This document shows, in pieces, positions 35,075 to 44,970 of a stretch of DNA of 64,000 nt. Under the pieces are notes generated by a model. That model was given only the letters and a program-made list of their open reading frames with translations. It had not been told where the DNA came from and did no database searches. Positions within the stretch are counted from its first letter, which is position 1. Each line of letters starts with the position of its first letter. The stretch is from an uncultured Gemmatimonadales bacterium (GTDB taxonomy: Bacteria; Gemmatimonadota; Gemmatimonadetes; Longimicrobiales; Gaopeijiaceae). A program made the translations under genes and the position numbers. Location: positions 64,001 to 128,000 of the forward strand of contig CAWGKG010000004.1 in NCBI GenBank assembly GCA_963823035.1. Reading direction: 5' to 3'.

Positions 35075-35770
35075 ATGCCGTCGCCCCGATCTCCTCTCCG
35101 CGGTGCCCTCCCTCTCGTACTCGTGGCGTCCGGCGCCTGCGCCCTCCTCGGGCGATCGGGCTCGACGCTTTCCGAGGACATGGAAGGCCACTACGCACAG
35201 GTGGGCCAGGTCCAGGAAGCCATCGTGAAGGGCGACCTGGACGCTGCGCGCGCGCCGGCGCGCTGGCTCGCGGAGCATCCGCAGCACCCCGACCTCCCGC
35301 AGGGCGTGAAGAGCCCGATGGAGGACATGCGCGTGCAGGCCCGCTCGGTCGTGCGGGCCGTCGACCTGACCGACGCCGCGCGCGCCACGGCCGAGATGGC
35401 CGCCGCGTGTGGCCGATGCCACCGGTCGGCCGGCGCCGGGCCCGACCCGGAGACGTGGACCATGGCCCCACCCGGAGCGGGCGCGCCGCGCCAGATGGCC
35501 CGCCACCTGTGGGCGGTCGACCGCATGTGGGAAGGACTCGTCGCTCCGTCGGACCGTCTGTGGCAGCAGGGCGCCACCGCCCTGATCGACGATCCTCTCT
35601 TCCAGGGCGAAGACCAGGCGGCCGGGCCGGACGTGGCCCGACTCGCCCGTGAGGTCCACGACCTGGGTGTGACCGCCAACGGGCGCGAGGCGGACGGGCG
35701 CGCCGCCGTGTACGGCCGGCTGCTCACCACCTGCACGACCTGCCACCGCAAGATGGGGATCTCCATGTAG
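35075..35770 (+). CDS. Diheme c-type cytochrome, probable lipoprotein, tandem helical (cytochrome c'-like) repeats
   Basis: LVASGAC lipobox-like signal; CGRCH and CTTCH each close a helical half. Confidence 0.7.
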   Translation: MPSPRSPLRGALPLVLVASGACALLGRSGSTLSEDMEGHYAQVGQVQEAIVKGDLDAARAPARWLAEHPQHPDLPQGVKSPMEDMRVQARSVVRAVDLTDAARATAEMAAACGRCHRSAGAGPDPETWTMAPPGAGAPRQMARHLWAVDRMWEGLVAPSDRLWQQGATALIDDPLFQGEDQAAGPDVARLAREVHDLGVTANGREADGRAAVYGRLLTTCTTCHRKMGISM

Positions 35771-35902
35771 CGGAGCAGGTGCACGGGCGGCGGCGCGAGG
35801 CTGGACGGAGCGACGTCGCCCGCCGTAAGGTTCACGCCCCTTCGGCGGTACGTCGGCAGGGATCCACCCCCTCCGCCCGGCTCCCACGAACGAGGAAGAC
35901 CG

Positions 35903-37042
35903 ATGCGCAGCTCGACCCTCCCCCTGGCGCTCGCCCTGGTCGTGCGCGCCGCCCTCGCTGCCCGCTCGCGCCGAAGCGCAGCGCCGGCCCCGCCAGCCCA
36001 CGATCCCCCGCCGAGCATCACCGAGTACAAGCCGCGCTCGACGCTGGTCGTGCCGGAGCATCCGGTGCCTCGCGCGAAGTTCCCGGCCGTCGACTTCCAC
36101 GGCCATCCGCCCTACCTGGGCTCGCCGGAGGCGGTGCGCGAGGTGGTCGCCGCGATGGACCGGCTCGACCTCCAGGTCATGGTCCAGGCCAATCCCAGCT
36201 CGGGCGAGCGCCTGACGCGCCAGATCGAGGCGGTGCGCGAGGCGGGCTACGAGGACCGGTTCGTCTTCTTCGCCTCGCTCGACCTGCGCGACATGGGCCC
36301 GGGCTCGGGCGCGCGCATCGCCGCGCAGCTCGAGGAGGACGTGGGGGCCGGCGCCGTGGGCATCGGCGAGATCATGAAGAGCTTCGGCCTGTCGATCCGC
36401 AAGGCGGACGGCACCAGGCTGCACCTGGACGACCCGGAGCTCGACGTGGTGTGGGAGACGGCGGGCCGCCTGGGCATCCCGGTCTTCGTGCACACGGCCG
36501 ATCCGGCCGAGTTCTTCCAGCCGCTCGACTACAACAACGAGCGCTGGCTGGAGATGGCGATCTACGAGAACCGCCGCTACTACGACCGCGAGCGCTTCCC
36601 CTCCTTCGAGGAGCTGATGGCGGAGCGTGACCGCATGATCGCGAAGCACCCGAACACGACCTGGGTGGTCGCGCACATGAGCTGGTACGCGAACGACCTG
36701 GGGAAGCTGGGAGAGCTCTTCGACCGATTCCCGAACGTGTACACGGAGGTCGGGGCCATCCTCTACGACCTCGGACGTCAGCCGCGCTTCGCGCGCGCGT
36801 TCTTCGAGAAGTACCAGGACCGGATCCTCTTCGGGAAGGACTCCTTCCAGCCCGACGAGTATCCCTACTACTGGCGCGTGTTCGAGACGGCCGACGAGTA
36901 CTTCGACTACTACCGGGACTACCACGCATTCTGGAAGCTCTATGGCCTGGACCTTCCGGACGAAGTGCTGCGGAAGGTGTACTACGGGAACGCGCTGCAC
37001 ATCATCCCGCGAATGCCGGTCGCGGGCTTCCCGACCGGTTGA
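35903..37042 (+). CDS. Amidohydrolase_2 family metallohydrolase
   Basis: DFHGH, PVFVHTAD, VVAHM, RILFGKD, VYYGNA. Confidence 0.85.
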   Translation: MRSSTLPLALALVVRAALAARSRRSAAPAPPAHDPPPSITEYKPRSTLVVPEHPVPRAKFPAVDFHGHPPYLGSPEAVREVVAAMDRLDLQVMVQANPSSGERLTRQIEAVREAGYEDRFVFFASLDLRDMGPGSGARIAAQLEEDVGAGAVGIGEIMKSFGLSIRKADGTRLHLDDPELDVVWETAGRLGIPVFVHTADPAEFFQPLDYNNERWLEMAIYENRRYYDRERFPSFEELMAERDRMIAKHPNTTWVVAHMSWYANDLGKLGELFDRFPNVYTEVGAILYDLGRQPRFARAFFEKYQDRILFGKDSFQPDEYPYYWRVFETADEYFDYYRDYHAFWKLYGLDLPDEVLRKVYYGNALHIIPRMPVAGFPTG

Positions 37043-37070
37043 AGCGGTGCCAACCTACGGGAGGTGATCC

Positions 37071-37484
37071 ATGGGTCACACCATCCGACGGGTGGAGTAC
37101 TTCTACACGACGGTCAACGACCGTCCGGGTCAGGCGCTTCGGTTTCTGACGGCGCTCGCCGACCTGGGCGTGAACCTCCTCGGGTTCACGGCCATCCCGA
37201 TGGGGCTCCACCAGACGCAGCTCACGATCTTCCCGGAAGACGCCCATCGACTCACCGACCAGAGCGAGCGGGTGGGCTTCGCGGTGGACGGCCCGCACCC
37301 GGCGATCCTGGTCCAGGGCGAGGACGCCCCGGGCGCGCTGGTGGATATCCACGAGACGCTGTTCGACGCCGGCGTCAACGTCTTCGCGGCCACGGGTGTG
37401 AGCGGCGGAGGAGGGAGCTTCGGGTACGTGATCCACATGCGGGCCGCGGACTTCGAGCGGGCCGCGGAGCTGCTCGGGGCGTGA
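37071..37484 (+). CDS. Tandem ACT-like domain protein
   Basis: DRPGQA...LGVNL and DAPGAL...AGVNV repeats. Confidence 0.65.
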   Translation: MGHTIRRVEYFYTTVNDRPGQALRFLTALADLGVNLLGFTAIPMGLHQTQLTIFPEDAHRLTDQSERVGFAVDGPHPAILVQGEDAPGALVDIHETLFDAGVNVFAATGVSGGGGSFGYVIHMRAADFERAAELLGA

Positions 37485-37540
37485 GCGCGTCTTCCCTGCG
37501 CCAGCCGGACGGGACCGGTATCGTCGGCGCCCCGAACGCT

Positions 37541-38588
37541 CTAGGCGGAAGCCGCTCCGAGCTCCCGCCGAACCACGGGCGCCACTTCGGTCCCGAGGAG
37601 CTCGATGGCGCGCAGGACCTGCGCGTGCGGCATGGGCCCCACGGTGAGCTGTACCAGGAAGCGCTGGTGGCGGAAGATCTCGTGCACGCGGAGGATCTTG
37701 TCGATCACCTCCGCCGGGCTGCCCACGAAGAGCGCGCCGTTGGGGGCGATCTCGGCCTCGAACTGCCCGCGGGTGGTGGGCGGCCACCCCCGCTCGCGAC
37801 CGATGCGCGTCATGGTCTCGGCGAAGGGCGGGAAGGCGATGTCCGCCGCGGCACGCGCGTCCTCCGCGAGGAAGCCGTGGGCGTTGATGCTCACGGGGAG
37901 CGCGTCCGCGTCATGGCCGGCACGCGTGGCCGCTTGCCGGTAGAGGTCCACCATCGGCTTGAAGCGGGCGGGAGCGCCGCCGATGATCGCGAGCGCCATG
38001 GGCAGGCCGAGCGAGCCCGCACGCACCACCGACGCGGGCGTGCCGCCCACGGCGACCCATACGGGCAGCGGATCCTGCACGGGCCTCGGATAGACGGGAC
38101 GATCGCGGATCGCGGCCCGATGCCGGCTGTCTGGGCCAGTCCACGCGGAGGTCGCTCCGGACGCGCAGAAGGAGGTCGAGCTTCTCCGAGAAGAGCTCGT
38201 CGTAGTCGGCCAGGTCCTGTCCGAAGAGGGGGAAGGACTCGGTGAAGGAGCCCCGACCGACCATGATCTCTGCGCGCCCCCCCGAGATCAGGTCGACGGT
38301 GGCGAAGTCCTGGAAGACGCGCACCGGGTCGTCCGAGCTGAGCACCGAGACGGCGCTGGTCAGGCGGATACGGCTCGTGCGGGCCGCCGCCGCGCCGAGC
38401 ACCACGGCGGGCGCCGACACCGCGTAGTCGGGGCGGTGGTGCTCGCCCACGCCGAACACGTCGAGCCCGACGCGGTCGGCGAGCTCGATCTCCTCGAGCA
38501 GCTCTTCCAGCCGCTTGCCCGGATCGATCTGCCGTCCCGTCTGCGGATCGAAGGCGGTCTCCGCGAAGGTGTAGACGCCGATCTCCAA
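37541..38588 (-). CDS. Luciferase-like flavin monooxygenase (LLM class), frameshift near 38120
   Basis: [50 protein letters not shown]. Confidence 0.9.
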
Positions 38589-38592
38589 CGCG

Positions 38593-39445
38593 CTACCTCA
38601 GGAGGGTGCGGATCTGACGGACCGCGTACTCGACCTTCATGTCGAAGATCCGCTTGCCGAGCTCCGCGGAAGATCGCCGTCCGTCTCCGGTGATGCCGTT
38701 GTTCACGCGCGGCGCGTCGGGGTCACGGGCCTCGCCCGGGGCCCGCATGGGGTCGCCGAGCGCGTCCTTGCACGAGCTCCTTCCGCACCCAGCCGTGGTC
38801 GCCGCCCAGGTAGAGCATCTCGGAGGTGTCGGGGATGCCCCCGTGCGAGCTGAGGGGGTAGTCGTGCTCCCGGAGCCAGCCGTCGAAGTCCCCGTTCGCC
38901 TTGCTGTACACCTCGTCGCAATACACCACGCGGACGCCGTCCCCTCGGTGGGCCGCGTCCAGCGCCTCGGCGACCTCGCGCAGCTGGTCCTGGCCTCCTC
39001 CGTGGTCGCCCATGAGCACCACGTTCTTGAATCCGCTGATGATGAGCTGCTCCGCGACCTCCCGGTTCACGGCCGCGAACGTCTCGGCCGTGAGTCCGAT
39101 GGTGCCGGGCAGATCGGCGCTGGCCCGGTTCACCGAGAAGGGCATCACGGGCGCGGCGATCGCGTTGCCGAGCTGGAGCGCGATGGCGCGCGCGGTCTCG
39201 CGGCCCATGAGGGTGTGGCCGCCGTTCACGTTCTGCGGGCCCCGCTGCTCGGTTCCGCCGTTGTACACGAGCGCCGTGGTCTTGCCCGCCTGGATCGCCG
39301 CCTTCACCTCCGGCCACGTCATCATGTCGAACTCGACGTCCGGCGTGCGCATGGCCGCCGGTCCGTTGGCGCCCTGGCCGAGCGCCGGTGCCGCCGTGAC
39401 GGCCAGGAGAAGGAGCAGGGCAGGGGCGGAGAGGGAGGATCGCAT
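38593..39445 (-). CDS. Creatininase-family protein with signal peptide (frameshift near 38770)
   Basis: [30 protein letters not shown]. Confidence 0.85.
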
Positions 39446-39535
39446 GGTCGCTCCTGGAGCGGAGGGTCGACAACCGGGCCTCGCCAGAAGACGTCGGTCG
39501 AGCACGATCCGCAAGCCCACGCGTGCGGCGGATCT

Positions 39536-39652
39536 GCAACAAAACGTTGCCCGGTCCCTGCGACGCGGCGGTGTCCCGATGGCGGTGTGGGGGCCGAAAA
39601 GCCCATAACCACGCCGTTTCACGGTCCCGACCAGGGCGGGCACGCCTTGTGC
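39536..39652 (+). promoter_or_regulatory. Putative sigma54 promoter with upstream enhancer
   Basis: GG-CACGCCTTGT-GC -24/-12 element at 39639-39652; palindrome GCAAC-N5-GTTGC at 39536-39550. Confidence 0.55.
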
Positions 39653-39663
39653 AAAGTGTCGCG

Positions 39664-39824
39664 TCGGGAACGTGAACGCCATCGGACCGAGGGGGCGTGC
39701 GCGGACCTGCCGGTGGGACGACGAAGATGTCAGTGGATGGCTGCTCGGCGCCCCGGCACAGCAAACGAGCGAAGTGGGATCGGTGGCCCCGGAACGACGG
39801 ACGTTCCGGGGCCGCTGGTCTCTT
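39664..39824 (+). ncRNA. Candidate small RNA (about 160 nt)
   Basis: Between the sigma54 motif and a 19-bp hairpin with three G-U pairs; no convincing ORF; eight GGA motifs. Confidence 0.4.
39778..39824 (+). terminator. Terminator-like hairpin
   Basis: GATCGGTGGCCCCGGAACG-acgga-CGTTCCGGGGCCGCTGGTC then TCTT. Confidence 0.6.
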
Positions 39825-39903
39825 ACGGGGCCACACTCCCGGCATGGCTGAGCGCACGACGGTGGCCCGATCGGTGGCTTCGACGCGCCCTGCGACAAGC
39901 CGT

Positions 39904-39958
39904 TCCCCTTGAAAGCATAGGGGAGCGGCGCTACCCTTCCCCTAGAAACCACAGGGAG
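39904..39958. promoter_or_regulatory. Tandem putative PadR operators
   Basis: TCCCCT-N9-AGGGGA (39904-39924) and TCCCCT-N9-AGGGAG (39938-39958) upstream of padR. Confidence 0.6.
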
Positions 39959-40012
39959 GCGTCGGCGCACCCGGCTCGACGTTCCCGACCCGCGGCCAGG
40001 GAAGGTGATCCG

Positions 40013-40354
40013 ATGGGCGACGGCAACCTGGGGCTGCTTCGCGGCACGCTCGACCTGCTGATCCTCCATGCGCTCAGCACGGGGGAGAAGCACGGCTACG
40101 CCGTGTCCGAGTGGATCGGTGCGGTCACCGACGGGAGCCTGCTCGTCGAGGAGGGCACGCTCTATCCCGCGCTCCACCGGCTGGCGAGGCGTGGGCTGGT
40201 GTCGGCGACGTGGGGCGTGAGCGAGAACAACCGTCGCGCGAAGTACTACGCGCTCACGGCCGCGGGGCTGAAGCGACTCGAGGAGGAGGCCGGAACGTGG
40301 CGGCGGTACTCCGACGCCGTGGAGAAGGCGCTCGCGGAGAGAGGAACGGCGTGA
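40013..40354 (+). CDS. PadR-family regulator (TIGR03433 type)
   Basis: LLRGTLDLLIL...HGYAVS...EEGTLYPALHRL...SENNRRAKYY. Confidence 0.92.
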   Translation: MGDGNLGLLRGTLDLLILHALSTGEKHGYAVSEWIGAVTDGSLLVEEGTLYPALHRLARRGLVSATWGVSENNRRAKYYALTAAGLKRLEEEAGTWRRYSDAVEKALAERGTA

Positions 40355-43047
40355 GCGAGCGGGACGAGCGCGGTCCACGGAGTGGCACGGGGCGGGCACG
40401 GCGCGCCTTCCGCATGCCCGCGGAAGAAAGCAGGATCGCGGACGAGGTGGACGAGGAGGTGCGCTTCCACCTGGAGAGGAAGGTGGAGCGGCTCGTCGCG
40501 GAGGGAATGGCCGAAGAGGACGCCCGCCGGGAGGCGCTGCGCCGGTTCGGCGACGTGGACGACGTCAAGGAACGGATGACCCGGGAAGGGGAGGTGGGGA
40601 TGAGGTGGACCGACAGGTGGGAGCGCTTCCGGCAGAACCTGCGCTACGCGCTCCGACAGATCGTGAAGGCGCCGGCGTTCACGGCCGTCACCGTGCTGAC
40701 GCTCATGCTCGGCATCGGTGCGACGACGGCAATCTTCTCGGTGGTGGACGGGATCCTCTTCCGTCCGCTTCCCTTTCCGGAGCCGGACCAGCTCACCGTC
40801 GTATGGGCGGATATGACGCGTGCCGGCGGGCCGGTCGACGAGTGGATGAACTTCCCGAACTACGCCGACCTGAAGGAGCGCTCGCGCACCCTGCAGGCGG
40901 TGGGGGCGTGGGACGGCGGCCCGATCACCCTGACCGGTCGCGGCGAGCCGGAGCAGGTCGCGGTGGGCGTGGTGACGTACGGGACGCTCTCGGAGGTGCT
41001 GCGGGTGAGCCCGGCGCTCGGCCGCGGCTTCACCTCCGAGGACGACCGTCCTGGGGCGCCCGGCACCGTCCTCCTGGCCGACGGGTTCTGGCGGCGCGCC
41101 TTCGGAGCCGACGCCGCGGTGGTCGGCACGACCCTCACGCTGAACGACGAGCCATACACGGTGCTCGGCGTGCTTCCGGCGGGCTTCGACGCGCCGTTCC
41201 TCCCGAACACCGACGTGTGGATGCCGATGCGTCAGAACGCCGCGGACAACCAGTGCGGCCGCGGCGGCGCCTGTCTGCACGTGGTCGCGCGGCGCGCGGA
41301 CGGGGTCACCCTCGATGCGGCTCGGCGCGAAGCCGACGACATCGGACGCCAACTCGAGGAGGAATATCCGCAGGAGAACGCCAACGTCGGCATCACGCTG
41401 CGCTCGCTGCAGGGCGACCTGGTGTCGGACTCGCGCACGGGTTTGCTCGTGCTCCTGGGGGCGGTCGGCTTCGTGCTCCTCATCGCCTGCGTGAACGTGG
41501 CGAACCTCCTCATGGCACGAGCCACCTCGCGCGGATCGGAGCTGGCGGTGCGCTCGGCGCTCGGCGCGGCGCGGGGAAGGCTCGTCGAGCAGCTCCTCAC
41601 GGAGAGCGCCGTGCTCGCCCTTCTCGGTGGAGGGCTCGGGCTCCTGCTCGCGTACGTCGGCACGGACCTGCTGGTGTCGATCGCACCCGCGAACACCCCG
41701 AGGATCGAGGGCGTGGGCGTGAACGGGCGCGTGCTCGGTTTCACCGTGGGCGTGACCGTCCTCGCGGGCATGATCTTCGGGCTGGCGCCCACGCTGCGCA
41801 GCGTGCGCGGCGATCTGTTGGCCGGCCTGAGGGAAGGCGGCCGGGGAGGCGCCGGCGGCGCCGGCGGCATGCGTGCGCGCAGCGCGCTCGTGGCGGCCCA
41901 GGTCGCGCTCGCGCTCGTCCTCCTGGTCGGAGCCGGCCTCCTGGTGCGGAGCTTCCGCAACCTGCGTGCGGAGGATCTCGGCTTCCGGGCGGACGGCGTG
42001 GTCGCCCTGCAGCTCGGCCTTCCCGCGTCGCGCTATCCGGATGCGGATGCCCGGCGCGGCTTCGTCCACACCGTCGAGGAGCGCCTGGGCGCGCTCCCCG
42101 GCGTCGACGCGGTGGGCAGCACCTCCTGGCTCCCGCTCACCGGCTTTGGGACGGATACCGGTTTCAACATCGAAGGCCGTCCGCTTCCTCCACCGGGGCA
42201 GAACCAGGCCGTGTGGTTCCGGCGCGTCTCGCCCGGGTTCCCTGCCGCGATGGGGATGCGCCTGGTGGCCGGCCGCTGGCTCACGGCCGCGGACGACGAG
42301 AACGCACCACCGGTGGTGGTCATCAACGACGGGATGGCGCGGCGCTTCTTCCCCGACGAGAGCGCGATCGGGCACCGTATCAACCTCGGTGACCCCTCGA
42401 ACCCGAGGTGGCGGGACATCGTCGGCGTGGCCGCGGAGGCTCGGTACTTCGGCATCCGCGACGAGAGCCGCGACGCGCTGTACCTCCCCTACGACCAGGC
42501 GCCGAGCGCGTCGGTATTCGTGACGCTGCACGCGTCGAGAGCCGCCTCGGCCCTCGCGGGCGAGATCCGCGCGGTGGTCGCCGAGCTGGATCCGTCGCTC
42601 GCGGTCGCGAGCATCGAGCCGATGGACGCCCTCGTGGCCGACGCGTTGGGGCCCGAGCGCTTCGTCACGATGCTTCTCGGCCTCTTCGCGGTGGTCGCGC
42701 TCGTGCTGGCCGTGGTCGGCCTGTACGGTGTCGTGTCCTACGGCGTGAGCCAGCGGCTCCGCGAGATGGGCGTGCGCCTCGCGCTCGGCGCGGAGGGCGG
42801 GGACATCCGCGACATGGTCCTGCGCCAGAGCCTGACCGTGGTGGGGGCGGGCCTGGTCCTGGGGGTGGTGGGCGGGCTGTCCCTCACGGGCCTCATGGAC
42901 AACCTGCTCTTCGGCGTGACCGCTACCGACCCGTGGACGTATGGGGTGGTGGCGCTCGTGCTGGGGCTGGTGGCCGTGGCGGCGAGCGCGCTCCCCGCGC
43001 GCCGCGCCGCGCGGGTGGATCCGATCCAGGTGTTGCGCGCCGAATAA
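40351..43047 (+). CDS. ADOP duplicated permease (intact)
   Basis: DEEVRFHLE prefix; IACVNVANLL; REMGVRLALGA; ARRAARVDP. Confidence 0.93.
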   Translation: MSERDERGPRSGTGRARRAFRMPAEESRIADEVDEEVRFHLERKVERLVAEGMAEEDARREALRRFGDVDDVKERMTREGEVGMRWTDRWERFRQNLRYALRQIVKAPAFTAVTVLTLMLGIGATTAIFSVVDGILFRPLPFPEPDQLTVVWADMTRAGGPVDEWMNFPNYADLKERSRTLQAVGAWDGGPITLTGRGEPEQVAVGVVTYGTLSEVLRVSPALGRGFTSEDDRPGAPGTVLLADGFWRRAFGADAAVVGTTLTLNDEPYTVLGVLPAGFDAPFLPNTDVWMPMRQNAADNQCGRGGACLHVVARRADGVTLDAARREADDIGRQLEEEYPQENANVGITLRSLQGDLVSDSRTGLLVLLGAVGFVLLIACVNVANLLMARATSRGSELAVRSALGAARGRLVEQLLTESAVLALLGGGLGLLLAYVGTDLLVSIAPANTPRIEGVGVNGRVLGFTVGVTVLAGMIFGLAPTLRSVRGDLLAGLREGGRGGAGGAGGMRARSALVAAQVALALVLLVGAGLLVRSFRNLRAEDLGFRADGVVALQLGLPASRYPDADARRGFVHTVEERLGALPGVDAVGSTSWLPLTGFGTDTGFNIEGRPLPPPGQNQAVWFRRVSPGFPAAMGMRLVAGRWLTAADDENAPPVVVINDGMARRFFPDESAIGHRINLGDPSNPRWRDIVGVAAEARYFGIRDESRDALYLPYDQAPSASVFVTLHASRAASALAGEIRAVVAELDPSLAVASIEPMDALVADALGPERFVTMLLGLFAVVALVLAVVGLYGVVSYGVSQRLREMGVRLALGAEGGDIRDMVLRQSLTVVGAGLVLGVVGGLSLTGLMDNLLFGVTATDPWTYGVVALVLGLVAVAASALPARRAARVDPIQVLRAE

Positions 43048-43066
43048 GAGCGGGCGAGGGTCATGG

Positions 43067-43645
43067 ATGGGGACGAGGCGCTGGGTGATGCCGTGCGTGG
43101 CCACGCTGGCCGTGGGCCTCGTTGCGTGCGCGCGGGTCGGCGTGGCGGGGGCCACCCGAGCGACCCCCTCCGCTCCGTCCCCCGCCGCGGTGGTGGCCGC
43201 CGCCGATTCCTGTCCGGCCACGCGCGGCGAGGCCGTGCTCGCGCTCGTGAACCTGCGGCGCGCCTCGGCCGGGCTGGAGCCCCTCGAGGTGGACCTCCGG
43301 CTGATGGCCGCCGCGCAAGCGCACGCCGAGGATCTCGTGGCCATGCCCGGCGTGCCCGCGCACGAGGGCTCGGACGGGAGTGCGCCGGCGGATCGTGCCG
43401 ACCACGCCGGCTACCCATGGGTGCGCATCGGGGAGAACGTCGCGAGCGGCACGCCGACGGCGAGCACGGTCGTGGCGCTGTGGATGAACTCCAGGGGCCA
43501 CCGACACAACATCCTCACGCCGGAGTTCCGGGACGCCGGCGTAGGCGTGGTGGACGTGCCAGGATCGGCGTGGGGCACGTACTGGGTGATGATGTACGGC
43601 CGCACCGACGATACGGAGCGGAGTACCGTCCGTTGCCACCCATGA
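43067..43645 (+). CDS. CAP/SCP domain protein, probable lipoprotein
   Basis: LVAC lipobox; LVNLRR, AQAHA, GENVA, WMNSRGHRHNIL. Confidence 0.85.
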   Translation: MGTRRWVMPCVATLAVGLVACARVGVAGATRATPSAPSPAAVVAAADSCPATRGEAVLALVNLRRASAGLEPLEVDLRLMAAAQAHAEDLVAMPGVPAHEGSDGSAPADRADHAGYPWVRIGENVASGTPTASTVVALWMNSRGHRHNILTPEFRDAGVGVVDVPGSAWGTYWVMMYGRTDDTERSTVRCHP

Positions 43646-43732
43646 CGCGTCTCGACGGAAGGGGCGCCCAGGACCCGCCGCCCGTCACATCCGCAGACGC
43701 GCGGTCGTCTCTGGAGGAGGAGGGATGTTCCC

Positions 43733-44125
43733 ATGCGACGACCCGTGCACACATGGCTCGCGACGACCGCGACGCTCCTCGCGCTCCTCGGATGCGCGAG
43801 CGACCTGCTGCTCGGGCCGGATGCGGCCCAGGGGATCGACGGTCTCGTCCTCCTGGGCCCGCTCTGCCCGGTGGTGACGGAGGAGAACCCGTGCCCCGAT
43901 CGGCCGTACGCGGCCACGATCGAGGTGCGGGACGGCGGAGGCGCGACGGTCACGACGGTCCGCAGCGGCGAGGACGGGCGCTTCCGTATCGGCCTCGAGC
44001 CGGGCCACTACCGCCTCGTCCCCGAATCCGGGGATCCGCTGCCGCGGGCCGGGCCGATGGACATCGACGTCCCGGCGGGAACGTGGGTGCAGGTCACCGT
44101 GGGCTACGACACGGGGATCCGCTAG
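43733..44125 (+). CDS. Hypothetical lipoprotein (beta-sandwich, GPxCPV...PCP motif)
   Basis: LLGC lipobox; GPLCPV...PCPDRP; DGRFRIGLEPGHY; C-terminal YDTGIR. Confidence 0.65.
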   Translation: MRRPVHTWLATTATLLALLGCASDLLLGPDAAQGIDGLVLLGPLCPVVTEENPCPDRPYAATIEVRDGGGATVTTVRSGEDGRFRIGLEPGHYRLVPESGDPLPRAGPMDIDVPAGTWVQVTVGYDTGIR

Positions 44126-44756
44126 TCCCACCGACCCTTCTTCGCGCGCTTGTAGTGGCGCCGCGCCTTCGCCCGGTTGCCGCAGTCCTTCATGTCGCAC
44201 CAGCGGCGGCTGCGGTTCTTGCTCATGTCGACGAAGAGCCAGGTGCACGCGTCGTTGTCGCACTCCTTCACGCGCGTCAGGTCGCCCTCCGTGAGGAGCG
44301 CGCCCGCCGCCCACGCGACCGGCCACAGGTGCTGGGCCAGCGGCTCGTCGCCGCTCCCCCACCGCCACCTCCACCCCTCCCGGTCGCGATGCAGCGAGCG
44401 GTGGGCGGCGCCCTCCTTCAGGTAGACGTCCAACGCCTGCGACGTCCGGCCGGTGCCGGATCGGCTCCGGCCCCGACGGCGGAGAAGATCCGGTAGATCG
44501 TCTCGCGTAGCTCGACGGTCCGGGCCAGCACCGCCTCCGCATCGGCCGGACGCCGGGCCGCCTCGGCCCGCAGCGACTTCGCGCGATCGGCTCCGAGCAG
44601 TCCGGTCCGCTCGCCCCACACCACCACGTCCTCGTAGCGTCGGAGCTTGCTCTTCGGCTCCGGGCGGGAGCGGCCGCTGACCGTGTTGGACAGGTCCAGC
44701 GCCAGGTTCCCCCCTACCGGATCGTAGTCCTCGATCGGGGTCCAGGTCTCTTCCAC
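44122..44756 (-). CDS. Second ABATE/CGNR zinc-finger protein (frameshift near 44440)
   Basis: GGNLALDLSNTV...RVKECDNDACTWLFVDMSKNRSRRWCDMKDCGNRAK. Confidence 0.88.
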
Positions 44757-44802
44757 GTATACCCCCAAAATGCACGTGACGGGTCAGGTTGGCTCCTTCA
44801 TC

Positions 44803-44839
44803 GTTGCTAACCATCATAAGCGATTTGGGTGGTTGCAAC
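44803..44839. promoter_or_regulatory. Palindromic operator upstream of the CGNR gene
   Basis: GTTGC(T)AACCA-N16-TGGTTGCAAC in an AT-rich stretch. Confidence 0.55.
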
Positions 44840-44970
44840 AAGGAGCTGGGGACGATGCGGAGGACGACGGACGCGAAGGCGTCCGAGCGGGGGCCCGCCC
44901 GGCTCTTCGACAGCCCGGGGACGCGGCGTGGGAGGCGAGGGCGTTCCTCCACCCGCACCGAGCGCTGCGG

